Positions 48,343-58,798 of a stretch of 64,000 nt of DNA are shown here, piece after piece. The notes beneath the pieces were generated by a model that saw nothing but the letters and a program-made list of their open reading frames with translations, did no database searches and was not told the DNA's origin. The DNA is from Mycoplasma sp. CAG:956. GTDB taxonomy: Bacteria; Bacillota_I; Bacilli_A; RF39; UBA660. Within the stretch, counting starts at the first letter, position 1, and the number at the start of each line of letters is the position of its first letter. The stretch covers positions 131,112 through 195,111 of the forward strand of contig HF993110.1 of assembly GCA_000433475.1 (NCBI GenBank). The letters run 5' to 3'. The translations under genes were made by a program, and so were the position numbers.

Positions 48343-49518
48343 ATGGCAAAAGAAAAATTTGACAGAAGTAAAGAGCATTTAAATATTGGTACTATCGGTC
48401 ATGTAGACCATGGTAAAACTACTTTAACTGCTGCTATTACTAAATATTTCAGTAAAGAGTTCAAAGATTATGCAGAAATCGATGCAGCTCCTGAAGAAAG
48501 AGAAAGAGGTATTACAATTAATACTGCTCACGTTGAGTATGAGACTGCAACTCGTCACTATGCTCACGTAGATTGCCCAGGCCATGCTGATTACGTTAAA
48601 AACATGATTACTGGTGCAGCACAAATGGATGGTGCTATCCTAGTTGTTTCAGCAACAGATGGTCCAATGCCTCAAACTAGAGAACATATTTTACTTGCTC
48701 GTCAAGTAGGTGTTCCTAAAATTCTTGTATTCATCAACAAATGCGATATGGTTGAAGATCCTGAATTATTAGACTTAGTAGAAATGGAAATCCGTGAATT
48801 ATTAGGAGAATACGGTTTTGATGCTGATTGTCCTGTCATTCGTGGTTCTGCTCTTAAAGCTCTTGAAGGTGATGAATCTGATATGGGTGCAGGTGCTATT
48901 AGAAAATTAATGGAAGCTTGCGATACATATTTTGATGTTCCTGTAAGAGATTTGGACAAACCATTCTTAATGAGTATCGAAGATGTATTTACTATTTCTG
49001 GACGTGGTACAGTTGTTACTGGACGTGTAGAACGTGGTAAATTACAACTTAACGATGAAGTTGAAATCGTTGGTCTTAAACCTACAAGAAAGACTGTTGT
49101 TACTGGTATCGAAATGTTTAGAAAATCTCTAGACTTTGCTCAAGCTGGTGACAATGCAGGTGCATTACTTCGTGGTATTAACCGTGATGAAGTTGAACGT
49201 GGACAAGTTCTTGCTAAACCAGGTTCAGTTACTCCTCATCATAAATTTACTGCAAAAGTTTATGTATTAAGCAAAGAAGAAGGCGGACGTCATACTCCAT
49301 TCTTCTCAAACTACAGACCTCAATTCTATTTCAGAACAACTGATGTTACAGGTGTTATTGAATTACCAGCAGGTGTTGAAATGGTTATGCCAGGCGACAA
49401 TGTTGATATGACAGTAGAATTAATTGCACCAATTGCTTTAGAAAAAGGTACTAAGTTCTCTATCCGTGAAGGTGGACGTACTGTAGGTGCTGGTTCTGTT
49501 ACTGATATTCTTGAGTAA
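48343..49518 (+). CDS. tuf: elongation factor Tu
   Basis: [21 protein letters not shown]. Confidence 0.98.
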   Translation: MAKEKFDRSKEHLNIGTIGHVDHGKTTLTAAITKYFSKEFKDYAEIDAAPEERERGITINTAHVEYETATRHYAHVDCPGHADYVKNMITGAAQMDGAILVVSATDGPMPQTREHILLARQVGVPKILVFINKCDMVEDPELLDLVEMEIRELLGEYGFDADCPVIRGSALKALEGDESDMGAGAIRKLMEACDTYFDVPVRDLDKPFLMSIEDVFTISGRGTVVTGRVERGKLQLNDEVEIVGLKPTRKTVVTGIEMFRKSLDFAQAGDNAGALLRGINRDEVERGQVLAKPGSVTPHHKFTAKVYVLSKEEGGRHTPFFSNYRPQFYFRTTDVTGVIELPAGVEMVMPGDNVDMTVELIAPIALEKGTKFSIREGGRTVGAGSVTDILE

Positions 49519-49533
49519 TAAACTGTTGATTTA

Positions 49534-49566
49534 AAAGTGAAACTTTTATAGTTTCACTTTTTTTCT
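49534..49566 (+). terminator. strong Rho-independent terminator after tuf
   Basis: 10-bp stem aaagtgaaac/gtttcacttt, 7-nt loop, T-run. Confidence 0.75.
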
Positions 49567-49603
49567 TTTTTAAATAATGTATAATTGTATTAGGTGGTGA
49601 AAG

Positions 49604-50683
49604 ATGAAAAAAAGTAAAACTAAATCAAAAAATAAAAAAAGACGCCGTAAATTAAAAAAATGGCCAAAACTAGTTTTATTGTTAATGATTCTTGCAGCTT
49701 TATTATTTATTTTGAAAAAGTCACTTGACAATTATAATATTACATTCACCAATACATACGAATATTTAATAGAAAAAATTAATAATCAAAAAAAGAATCA
49801 TGATGAAAAAAAACAACAAGAAAATAATCAAAAATTAGAAGCAGATTATAATAATTGTTTAGAACAAAAGTATTCTGAAGAAGAAAAAAGTGAAAAAATA
49901 ATTAAACTTGAAAATGAATTAAATGATTATCTAAAAAATTATAGTTTAAGTGTAAAATTTGTTGATATAAATAGTAATTATACATTTAGTTACAACGAGT
50001 CTAAAGTTTATTATGCAGCCAGTACAATTAAAATGTTAGATGCAATTTATATTTATGAAAATGCCCTAGAAGGAAATATAGATTTAGATACTACTAAAAA
50101 ATACACAAAAAATTTTAAAGTATTATACTCTGCTGGTTTAGAAAAACATAAAATAGGAGATATGATCTCTCTAAGGGATTTAGTTAAATATGCTATAACT
50201 GTGAGTGATAATTCTGCCCATCAAATGTTAGTTGACTATATTGGCTTTACTAATTTAAAAAAATACGGTAATTCTCTAGGAGCCAAAAATACATTAATAG
50301 GTGGTGATAACTTTGGACAAATTGATACCAATGATTCTATTGCATACTTAACTGAATTGTATAAATTTATAAATGACAATTCTGCTCTTTCAAAAGAATT
50401 AAAATCTTATTTTATTGAAAGTGATGAAAATTTCTTGAAAGATGAAGAAAATGAAATAGAAGCTGCTACCAAATATGGAGAGTATGGTAATACATTCCAC
50501 AATAATGGTATTGTTTATACCAAGAATCCATATTTAATAAGTATTTTAACTAATTTAGGTAAGAAAAAAGGTGCTTCTGTAATAAAATCTGTTAATAATA
50601 AAATTCAAGAGTTACAAGAAGTTGTTTATGAAAATCATATAAATTATTGTCAACAAAAAATATACAGTGTCCAAAATGATTGA
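49604..50683 (+). CDS. membrane-anchored class A beta-lactamase-like serine hydrolase
   Basis: Lys/Arg-rich N-terminus plus TM; SxxK (STIK), SDN (VSDNSAH), variant third motif KYG instead of KTG. Confidence 0.65.
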   Translation: MKKSKTKSKNKKRRRKLKKWPKLVLLLMILAALLFILKKSLDNYNITFTNTYEYLIEKINNQKKNHDEKKQQENNQKLEADYNNCLEQKYSEEEKSEKIIKLENELNDYLKNYSLSVKFVDINSNYTFSYNESKVYYAASTIKMLDAIYIYENALEGNIDLDTTKKYTKNFKVLYSAGLEKHKIGDMISLRDLVKYAITVSDNSAHQMLVDYIGFTNLKKYGNSLGAKNTLIGGDNFGQIDTNDSIAYLTELYKFINDNSALSKELKSYFIESDENFLKDEENEIEAATKYGEYGNTFHNNGIVYTKNPYLISILTNLGKKKGASVIKSVNNKIQELQEVVYENHINYCQQKIYSVQND

Positions 50684-50726
50684 CAATCTGATTTGAAATT
50701 ATTAAAATATAATTGGAGAGATAAAT

Positions 50727-51299
50727 ATGAAGGAAAAGAAAAAATTATTCAATATTGCAACTTATGGTCAAATGCTAATTGACATTATACTATTTGCATT
50801 AGGAGTTTATAGTGCTAGTAATCCAACAAGTTCAAATACAGTAATTGGTGTTGCTTTTGGAATTTGTTTAAGTATCGTGGGAATTTACAATATCATTAAA
50901 TCCATATTTAATATTCATAAAGGACCATTTTTTGTGGTAGATATCGTATACGGAATTCTAAGCATAATTGCTGGTATATTTATTATTATAAATCCATTAT
51001 CATTAACTGGAATTCTATCAGTTGGTATTGGTTTATGGTTAATAATATCAGCATCATTTAAATTTGCTTTAGCACTTCAATTAAGAAAATTTGCTGAAGA
51101 AACATGGCTATTTTCAATGGTAATATCAATATTAGTTTTAATACTTGGAATAATAGTTATGATAAATCCATTTAGTACAGCTTTAGTTTTAACTACTTTT
51201 GTAGGTATTATGATGTGCGTTTATTCAAGTATTGATTTTTTACAACAAATTTTATTTAGAAAAAGAGTTAAAGAAATTATTAATATTTTCTTTGAATAA
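50727..51299 (+). CDS. DUF308 / HdeD-like membrane protein
   Basis: Six hydrophobic helices with the GI..I.LGI repeat pattern; paralog of the 3736..4377 product. Confidence 0.6.
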   Translation: MKEKKKLFNIATYGQMLIDIILFALGVYSASNPTSSNTVIGVAFGICLSIVGIYNIIKSIFNIHKGPFFVVDIVYGILSIIAGIFIIINPLSLTGILSVGIGLWLIISASFKFALALQLRKFAEETWLFSMVISILVLILGIIVMINPFSTALVLTTFVGIMMCVYSSIDFLQQILFRKRVKEIINIFFE

Positions 51300-51315
51300 T
51301 GCATTGATTTATAAG

Positions 51316-51342
51316 GTAAGCCCACAAGGGCTTATTTTTTTT
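51316..51342 (+). terminator. Rho-independent terminator
   Basis: taagccc-acaa-gggctta stem followed by T9. Confidence 0.7.
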
Positions 51343-51569
51343 AATAATATTCTTAATAAAATAAAACTATATTATTATACAAATAGCATCTATATAAATA
51401 TTTTTTGAATTTAGTCTTTTTTATAATTGTGTTTAAAACTTATTAATAAAAACAGCCAATTATTTCTTATAAAAATATCATTTTTTCTATAATCTGTTAG
51501 GCATGTTATATTGATAATTAAGTTAAAATGATGTACAATATCATAGTGAAAAAGGTGAAGGTGAATAAA

Positions 51570-52802
51570 ATGAAAATCAAAAAAATATTTGCAAGAGAAA
51601 TTTTAGATTCAAGAGGAAACCCAACAGTAGAATGTGATGTTACTCTTGAAAACGGAATTAAAGCAACTGCCTCAGTTCCATCAGGAGCTTCAACTGGTTC
51701 AAGAGAAGCTTTAGAACTACGCGATAACGATAAAAAGCGTTACAATGGTAAGGGCGTTTTAAAAGCTGTAAGCAATATCAATGATATTATTGCCAAAGAA
51801 TTAGAAGGCAAAGAATTAGTTCAAAATCAAATTGATGCTGAAATGTTAAAATTAGATGGTACTGAATTTAAAACAAATTTAGGAGCCAATGCAACTTTAG
51901 CTGTATCACTAGCTTGTTTAAAAGCAGCAGCAGCTAATGATGGCAAGGAATTATATGAATTTGTATCTAACGGAACAGTTAGTTTACCAATTCCAATGAT
52001 GAATATTGTTAATGGCGGCAAACATGCTAATAATGATTTAGATATTCAAGAATTTATGATTGTTCCTGTAATTAAACCTTTCAAGGAAAGATTAAGAGCA
52101 GGTGCTGAAGTATTCCATACATTAAAGAAAATCTTAGATGGTATGGGATTATCTACTGGTGTAGGCGATGAAGGTGGCTTTGCTCCAAATTTAAAAAATA
52201 ATGAAGAAGCATTACAATTAATCGTTAAAGCTATAACAGAAGCAGGTTATAAACCAGGCGAAGAAGTATTCATTGCCATAGATGCTGCTTCAAGTGAAAT
52301 GTATAATGAAGAAACTAAGACATATTCAGTAGATAAAAAGAATTTAACAAGTGATGATTTAATGAATTATTACTTAGATTTAATTGAAAAATATCCAATT
52401 ATTAGTATTGAAGATGCCTTTATGGAAGATGATTTTGAATCATTAGCTAAATTAACAGCTAAAATCGGTGAAAAAATTATGTTAGTTGGCGATGATTACT
52501 TCGTAACTAATAAGAAATTCTTACAAAAAGCTATCGATATGCATGCTGGTAATGCTATATTATTAAAAGCAAACCAAATTGGTACCGTATCAGAAATGAT
52601 GGAAACTATTTTATTAGCCAGAAAAAATGGTTATAAAATGGTAATTTCTCATCGTAGTGGTGAAACTGAAGATACATTTATTGCTGATTTAGCAGCTGGA
52701 TTAGATATTCCTTATATCAAAACAGGTTCTTTATCTCGTGGAGAAAGAATTGCAAAATATAATAGATTACTTCGTATTGAAGAAAAATTAATGGAAAAAT
52801 AA
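51570..52802 (+). CDS. eno: enolase
   Basis: N-terminus MKIKKIFAREILDSRGNPT, SHRSGETED motif; start moved to the ATG after AAGGTGAAGGTGA. Confidence 0.97.
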   Translation: MKIKKIFAREILDSRGNPTVECDVTLENGIKATASVPSGASTGSREALELRDNDKKRYNGKGVLKAVSNINDIIAKELEGKELVQNQIDAEMLKLDGTEFKTNLGANATLAVSLACLKAAAANDGKELYEFVSNGTVSLPIPMMNIVNGGKHANNDLDIQEFMIVPVIKPFKERLRAGAEVFHTLKKILDGMGLSTGVGDEGGFAPNLKNNEEALQLIVKAITEAGYKPGEEVFIAIDAASSEMYNEETKTYSVDKKNLTSDDLMNYYLDLIEKYPIISIEDAFMEDDFESLAKLTAKIGEKIMLVGDDYFVTNKKFLQKAIDMHAGNAILLKANQIGTVSEMMETILLARKNGYKMVISHRSGETEDTFIADLAAGLDIPYIKTGSLSRGERIAKYNRLLRIEEKLMEK

Positions 52803-52887
52803 GCAAAAAACTTCAAGATATAGTGTAATTTCTTGAAATTAAATAACAAGTATGATATAGTTTTACAAGAAATGGGAGTGGCAATCA

Positions 52888-53106
52888 ATGGAAACAATGT
52901 TGTTAATAGTATCAATATTATTAATTGCTATAGTCTTATTACAAAGTAATAAAGCAAGTGATGCAGGTCAAATAATTTCAGGTGGTAATGAAGCATTATT
53001 TACTCATCAAAAAGAAAGAGGCCTAGAATTACTAATTAGCCGTTTAACTTTAATATTAGGAGTTCTTTTCTTCGTAATAGCATTAATCATATTTTTACAA
53101 AAATAA
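52888..53106 (+). CDS. secG: preprotein translocase subunit SecG
   Basis: Two TM helices with LLQSNKAS ... GG loop typical of SecG; eno-secG order conserved. Confidence 0.85.
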   Translation: METMLLIVSILLIAIVLLQSNKASDAGQIISGGNEALFTHQKERGLELLISRLTLILGVLFFVIALIIFLQK

Positions 53107-53135
53107 AAAGTCTTACAATTAAAAGACTTTTTTTT
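53107..53135 (+). terminator. Rho-independent terminator after secG
   Basis: 8-bp stem aaagtctt/aagacttt followed by T8 (approx). Confidence 0.6.
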
Positions 53136-53172
53136 AAACTAATAATGTTTTATAATGTTTATAGAGGTAAGT

Positions 53173-53604
53173 ATGAATAATAAAAAGGGATTTACGTTAA
53201 TAGAGCTTATAGCAACCATTGTTTTAATAACCATATCATCAACAATTATAGTTATTAACCTACAAGGAAGTAGTAGTAAGGAAGAAAATTCACTTGCCGA
53301 GAAAAATGACAAACAAATTACTGATGCAGCTTGTAATGCCATTGATGGATTAAATGCTAAAAATATTGTCGGAAAATCTAGAGAAGAATGTAAAACTGGC
53401 GGATGTAAAATCACCTTAGAAAAACTTATTTCTAACGGCTTAGTAGATGCTTATACAACTTACAATGATTCTGGAAAAGATATAAATACTTTTTTAGCTG
53501 ATAAAACAGCTGTTTATGTGGAAATAACATGGAGCAATCCTGATAGTGAAGGCTATATTAAAAAAGAATGTACCTTACATAATCCGTATAATAATAAAAA
53601 TTGA
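53173..53604 (+). CDS. prepilin-type N-terminal cleavage/methylation domain protein (ComGC-like pseudopilin, 143 aa)
   Basis: MNNKK-GFTLIELIATIVLI class III signal with Gly-1/Phe+1/Glu+5; Cys pairs in the C-terminal region; start set after the GAGGT RBS. Confidence 0.8.
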   Translation: MNNKKGFTLIELIATIVLITISSTIIVINLQGSSSKEENSLAEKNDKQITDAACNAIDGLNAKNIVGKSREECKTGGCKITLEKLISNGLVDAYTTYNDSGKDINTFLADKTAVYVEITWSNPDSEGYIKKECTLHNPYNNKN

Positions 53605-53638
53605 ATAAACTAATATAAAGATAAGATTGAGGAAAAAT

Positions 53639-55765
53639 ATGGAAGAAAAATTAATTAAATTATTAACCAATATACACGAAGCAAAAACATTGATTGAAAT
53701 AAATGACTTAATGGGACTCAAAACTCCTGAAGAATTAAAAGAATTACAAGATACCTTAAATAAATTAATAAGTGAATATAAAGTTTTTTTTACTAAAAAA
53801 GAAAAGTATATTTTATTGAAAAATTGTCCTTCATTAAAAATAGGTCCTTTATCAGTTAATAAAAAAGGTTTTGGTTTTGTTATATTATCAGAAGAAGATG
53901 ATATATACATAGATAAAACTAACTTAAAAGATGCAATAGATGAAGATATAGTACTTTGTGAAGTTACAAAAAAAACAGGACGCAAAGAAGGCAAGATAGT
54001 TAAAGTCATAAAAAGAGATCTAAAAAACGTTGTTGGGGAGATTATTATTCACCATAATCAAATGTGTTTAAAATTGGATGATGATAAAAAAGATATAACG
54101 GTTATTTTAAATCCTGATACAACCCATAATTGCGTTGAAGGACATAAAGTACTAGTAGAAATAACAGAACGCATTAAAAATCATGTTTATGCTGGTGATG
54201 TCTTAAAAATTATTGGACATAAGAATGACCCACAAGTCGATATATTAAGTATAGCCTATAAATATGGAATTTATGAAGATTTTAATCCTAAAGTAGAAGA
54301 AGAACTTGAACATATCCCTGATACAGTTGATGAATCGGAATTAAAAAATCGTCGTAATTTAACAGCAAAAACCATATTTACGATTGATGGCGATGATACA
54401 AAAGATATTGATGATGCTATTAGCTTAGAAAAAGATGGTGAAAATTATATTTTAGGTGTTCATATTGCTGATGTATCAAATTATGTTAAAGAGAATACCG
54501 CTTTAGGTGATGCTGCCTACGAACGAGGAACATCTTCATATTTAGCAGATACTGTAATTCCTATGATTCCTCATAAATTATCTAATGGCATATGTTCATT
54601 AAATGAAGGAGTTATACGTCTTAGTATGTCATGTGTTATGAAATATAATACAGAGGGGAAACTTTTAGATTATGATATTTTCCCAAGTTATATTAAAAGT
54701 AGCAAGAAAATGACTTATAAAAACGTTAACAAAATAATAATGGAAAATACAGTTCCTACTGGGTATGAACCATTTGCTGATACTTTAAAAGAGATGCATA
54801 AATTAGCTAAAATACTACGTAAAATGAAGGAAAAACGTGGTTATATTGACTTTGATTTAGATGAAGTAAAAATTATTCAAGATGAAAAAGGACATGCAAT
54901 TGATGTTCAAAAACGAGTTCGTGGTGAGGGGGAAAAATTAATCGAAGATTTCATGATAGCTGCCAACGAATGCGTTGCTAGTCACATATATAACATGGGT
55001 TTACCATTTATTTATCGTGTTCACGAAAATCCTAAACCAGAAAAAATTGAAGATTTTATGAATATGATAAATATATTAGGATATCGCTTGCATACAAAAG
55101 TTAAAGATGTAACTCCATATACAATGCAAAAAATTTTAGCTGAATTAAAAGATAAAAAAGAATTTGAAATTTTATCAGAAATGCTATTAAGAAGTATGCG
55201 CAAAGCTGAATATAGCAGTGAAAATTTAGGACATTTCGGCATTGCTTCCCGTGCTTATACGCATTTTACATCTCCAATTCGTCGTTATCCTGATTTAGTC
55301 GTTCACCGCTTATTAAAAAAATATCTTGTAGAAGATGATTACTCTAAAGGTACAATCGATATGTTAAATACATCATTGTCTCAGATTGCTGCTCACAGTA
55401 GTGAACGTGAGGTAGCTGCCGTTAATGCTGAACGAGATGTCGATGATATGAAAATGGCTGAGTATATGGAAAATCATATCGGCGAGGAATATATCGGTAA
55501 GATAAATACAATAACAAATTTTGGATTCTTTGTGGAATTAGATAATCTTGTTGAGGGACTAGTTCATATTAGCAGTTTGAAGAAAGACTATTTTAACTAT
55601 GTTCCAGAACTTTTAAGCTTAGTAGGAAAGAGCACTAAAAAAACATATAGATTAGGAGATAAAGTAAAAGTTAAATGTGTAGCAGCAAATAAAGAAACAG
55701 CTATGATAGACTTTGAAATTGTAGAAGAAAAAAATGGAAATACAAAACCGAAAAGCAAAATTTGA
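53639..55765 (+). CDS. rnr: ribonuclease R
   Basis: Cold-shock domains, RNB catalytic domain, C-terminal S1; start after GAGGAAAAAT. Confidence 0.95.
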   Translation: MEEKLIKLLTNIHEAKTLIEINDLMGLKTPEELKELQDTLNKLISEYKVFFTKKEKYILLKNCPSLKIGPLSVNKKGFGFVILSEEDDIYIDKTNLKDAIDEDIVLCEVTKKTGRKEGKIVKVIKRDLKNVVGEIIIHHNQMCLKLDDDKKDITVILNPDTTHNCVEGHKVLVEITERIKNHVYAGDVLKIIGHKNDPQVDILSIAYKYGIYEDFNPKVEEELEHIPDTVDESELKNRRNLTAKTIFTIDGDDTKDIDDAISLEKDGENYILGVHIADVSNYVKENTALGDAAYERGTSSYLADTVIPMIPHKLSNGICSLNEGVIRLSMSCVMKYNTEGKLLDYDIFPSYIKSSKKMTYKNVNKIIMENTVPTGYEPFADTLKEMHKLAKILRKMKEKRGYIDFDLDEVKIIQDEKGHAIDVQKRVRGEGEKLIEDFMIAANECVASHIYNMGLPFIYRVHENPKPEKIEDFMNMINILGYRLHTKVKDVTPYTMQKILAELKDKKEFEILSEMLLRSMRKAEYSSENLGHFGIASRAYTHFTSPIRRYPDLVVHRLLKKYLVEDDYSKGTIDMLNTSLSQIAAHSSEREVAAVNAERDVDDMKMAEYMENHIGEEYIGKINTITNFGFFVELDNLVEGLVHISSLKKDYFNYVPELLSLVGKSTKKTYRLGDKVKVKCVAANKETAMIDFEIVEEKNGNTKPKSKI

Positions 55766-56168
55766 ATATTTTATTGAAGAAACCATTGAAGCTGGTATAG
55801 CCTTAAAAGGAACAGAAATTAAATCTTTAAGAAAATCATCATGTGATTTAAGTGACTCTTTTGCAATCATAAAAAGAGGCGAAGTCTATCTTCTTAATGC
55901 CTTTATTGCTAAATATGATGAAGGAAATATTTTTAATCATGATACTAGAAGAACTCGCAAATTACTACTTCATAAAAATGAAATAACAAAAATTTTTAAT
56001 AAGGTTAGCCGCAGTGGCTATTCTCTTATACCATTAAATATTCATTTTAAAAATGGCAAAGCTAAGGTAACTCTTGGTATTTGTCGAGGTAAGAAATTAT
56101 ATGATAAGAGAGAAACTATAAAAGAAAGAGATTTAAAAAGAGAAAATTCTCGCTTAAATAACTTCTAA
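55734..56168 (+). CDS. smpB: SsrA-binding protein SmpB
   Basis: 144 aa, GTEIKSLR ... pattern; follows rnr as in Bacillus. Confidence 0.95.
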   Translation: MEIQNRKAKFEYFIEETIEAGIALKGTEIKSLRKSSCDLSDSFAIIKRGEVYLLNAFIAKYDEGNIFNHDTRRTRKLLLHKNEITKIFNKVSRSGYSLIPLNIHFKNGKAKVTLGICRGKKLYDKRETIKERDLKRENSRLNNF

Positions 56169-56237
56169 TACTGATTATAAATTCATAATAGTTAAATAAA
56201 ATATAAAAAAATATTAATATAAATAGATGGGGTACAT

Positions 56238-57302
56238 ATGAAAAGATTAACAAAAAAAGCTAAAATAATTTTAGGAGTCGTTGCTATAGCTTTAGTTTTG
56301 CTTATAGTTATAATTTTAATGAATGTTTTTTCAAAAAAAGCTAATGCTGATATAAATGAAAATAAACCAAATAACAATGTTACTGAGGAAACACCAACTA
56401 AAAAATTACAAATAATAGATTTGGATTCTGATTCTCGTAGTTATGCAGTCATGATAAATAATCACTCATCAGCACGTGCACATCATGCCGGTTTACAAGA
56501 TGCTTATCTTATTTATGAAATAATAGTAGAAGGCGGCTTAACTAGATATATGGCAATTTTTAAAGATCAAGATACTACAAAAATCGGTAGCGTTCGTTCC
56601 AGTCGTCATTACTTTCTAGATTATGCCATGGAAAATGATGCTATTTATGTTCACTGGGGCTGGTCACCACAAGCACAATCTGATATTTCTAAATATAACA
56701 TTAATAATATCAATGGCTTAACTTGGGAAGGTACCTATTTCTATCGTGATAAATCATTAAAAGTTTCCACTGAACATACTGGTTTTACTACTATGGAAAT
56801 GTTAAAAAAAGGTGCTAATCGTTTAGGATACCGTACAACAAGCACTGCATCACCACTTCTTAACTATGAAGTAGATGAAATTGACCAAACAAACATGGAA
56901 ACAATTCCTGCTAATACCATAACTATTAAATATTCTTCAAGTATCACAGATAAATATGTTTATGATGCTGATAATAAAGTTTATAAACGTTATGTAAATG
57001 GTAAAGAACACGTTGATGCTGTAACAAAAAAACAATATGCCTTTAAAAACATCATAACTTATCAAGTGGCAAATTCTACTATAAAAGGTGATAATAAAGG
57101 TCGTCAGGAAATAAACAATATTGGTAAAGGTACTGGTTATTATATTTCTAATGGTGTAGCCGTAAAAATAAACTGGGAGAAAAAAGACCGTAGTTCTAAA
57201 ACCGTTTATACTTACGAAGATGGTACAACATTAAAAGTTAACGATGGTAATACATTTATTCAAATCCAACCCAAAAATCAAACTTTAAAAATTGAAGGTT
57301 AG
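56238..57302 (+). CDS. DUF3048 (YerB-like) membrane-anchored protein
   Basis: AVMINNHSSARAHHAGLQDAYLIYEIIVEGGLTRYMAIF matches the DUF3048 N-domain signature. Confidence 0.75.
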   Translation: MKRLTKKAKIILGVVAIALVLLIVIILMNVFSKKANADINENKPNNNVTEETPTKKLQIIDLDSDSRSYAVMINNHSSARAHHAGLQDAYLIYEIIVEGGLTRYMAIFKDQDTTKIGSVRSSRHYFLDYAMENDAIYVHWGWSPQAQSDISKYNINNINGLTWEGTYFYRDKSLKVSTEHTGFTTMEMLKKGANRLGYRTTSTASPLLNYEVDEIDQTNMETIPANTITIKYSSSITDKYVYDADNKVYKRYVNGKEHVDAVTKKQYAFKNIITYQVANSTIKGDNKGRQEINNIGKGTGYYISNGVAVKINWEKKDRSSKTVYTYEDGTTLKVNDGNTFIQIQPKNQTLKIEG

Positions 57303-57373
57303 ACTAATTAAAAAGAGTAAAAAGAAAGGAAAAATATAAAAACTTTCATAAGTATTTTATATTCGTTAAAGAT

Positions 57374-57847
57374 ATGGAAAAAATTTTGAAAATGCTGGCT
57401 AATTACTATATAATTTTTATAATTTTAGCATTAATTGGTATCTTTGCTATCATTGGCTATTTTATAGAAAAAAAACATCCTAGACAAGAATATAAAGAAC
57501 CAGAATTGGATATGGAAGCTGTTGCACGTAAAGGTGGACAAGGCTTAGGTGCTACTTTAGGACAAAACCCAACAACAACTGACGATGAAGTAGAAATGCT
57601 AGATATGAATATGGGACCAACAACATTTGTAAATAATACTACACCAGCATCCAGCAATAATACTAATACAAATTTAAATAATCAAGAGACTAATAAAGAG
57701 CAGAATGCTACTTCCTCAAATACTAATAATGTGCAAAATAGTAATATAGATACTAATACCAATCAAAATCAAAATAGTAATTCTAATGAGATATTGAGTA
57801 GCAACAATGCTGGTCCAACTAACCCAGGTTTTAAAAGTCCTTTTTAG
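57374..57847 (+). CDS. hypothetical membrane-anchored Asn/Thr/Gln-rich low-complexity protein
   Basis: ORF track; single N-terminal TM, then compositionally biased tail. Confidence 0.45.
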   Translation: MEKILKMLANYYIIFIILALIGIFAIIGYFIEKKHPRQEYKEPELDMEAVARKGGQGLGATLGQNPTTTDDEVEMLDMNMGPTTFVNNTTPASSNNTNTNLNNQETNKEQNATSSNTNNVQNSNIDTNTNQNQNSNSNEILSSNNAGPTNPGFKSPF

Positions 57848-57964
57848 GACTTTTTTAAATTCAAAATCTTTTAATATGAACTATAATTTTAGAATTATAT
57901 AAGTACTAGAAAAGTAAATAATAATTTGCTATAATAAACTAGAATAAGAAAGAGAGATGTAGAT

Positions 57965-58798
57965 ATGACACTACAAACAATTTGGAGTACCTTTACTAAA
58001 ATAATTGATATTTCTTTAGTATGGTTAATGTTCTATTACATATTAAAAAATATCAAAAATAATGTCAAAATGGTACTTATTGTTAAAGGAATTTTCCTAA
58101 TTATTGTAATCAAAGTAATAAGTAATATCTTGAATTTATATACAATCGGTCTTTTATTAGAATATATTCTAGAATGGGGACCACTAGCCATCATTGTAAT
58201 ATTCCAACCAGAAATTAGAAATGTTTTGGAATCCATTGGTCGAACTCAACTTCTTGGTCGTCATAAAATTTTAACCGTTGATGAACGTGAAAAAGTTGTT
58301 TATGAAATAATGGATGCTGTTGAATACTTAAAGAAAAATCGTATAGGAGCTTTAATTGTCATTGAACGTGATATGTCTCTACAAGAATATATCACTCCAG
58401 CAACTAAAGTTTATGCTGATTTAACAAGTCCATTATTAGGAACTATTTTCTTCCCTAATAGCCCGCTACATGACGGCGGTGTTATCATTCAAGGAGATAG
58501 AATCACTTGTGCTGGTGCTGTTTTTAAAACAAGTATGAATCCAGCTATTTCTAAACGTCTAGGTACTAGACACCGTGCTGCCCTAGGTATTGCTGAAGAA
58601 ACCGATGCTATTGCCTTAGTTGTATCAGAAGAAACAGGAAAGATTTCCATCGCTGTTGATGGTGAGTTAAAATACAACTTATCTTTAGATGAATTTAGAA
58701 TGACTCTAGTTGAAGAACTTCGTCCTAAAACTGAAGTATTCTATGATGCTGATAATACCGATGATAAAGACCAAGAAAGTGGTGATTTAAATGAGTAA
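57965..58798 (+). CDS. cdaA: diadenylate cyclase CdaA (c-di-AMP synthase)
   Basis: 3 N-terminal TMs, DAC domain motifs DGGVIIQGDRI, RHRAALGI. Confidence 0.9.
   Translation: MTLQTIWSTFTKIIDISLVWLMFYYILKNIKNNVKMVLIVKGIFLIIVIKVISNILNLYTIGLLLEYILEWGPLAIIVIFQPEIRNVLESIGRTQLLGRHKILTVDEREKVVYEIMDAVEYLKKNRIGALIVIERDMSLQEYITPATKVYADLTSPLLGTIFFPNSPLHDGGVIIQGDRITCAGAVFKTSMNPAISKRLGTRHRAALGIAEETDAIALVVSEETGKISIAVDGELKYNLSLDEFRMTLVEELRPKTEVFYDADNTDDKDQESGDLNE

Noticed and set aside
56169-56237. Looked for tmRNA (ssrA) downstream of smpB
   Set aside because: Only 69 nt separate smpB from the next CDS, and no tRNA-like acceptor/T-arm sequence (GGTTCGAnTCC) is present anywhere nearby
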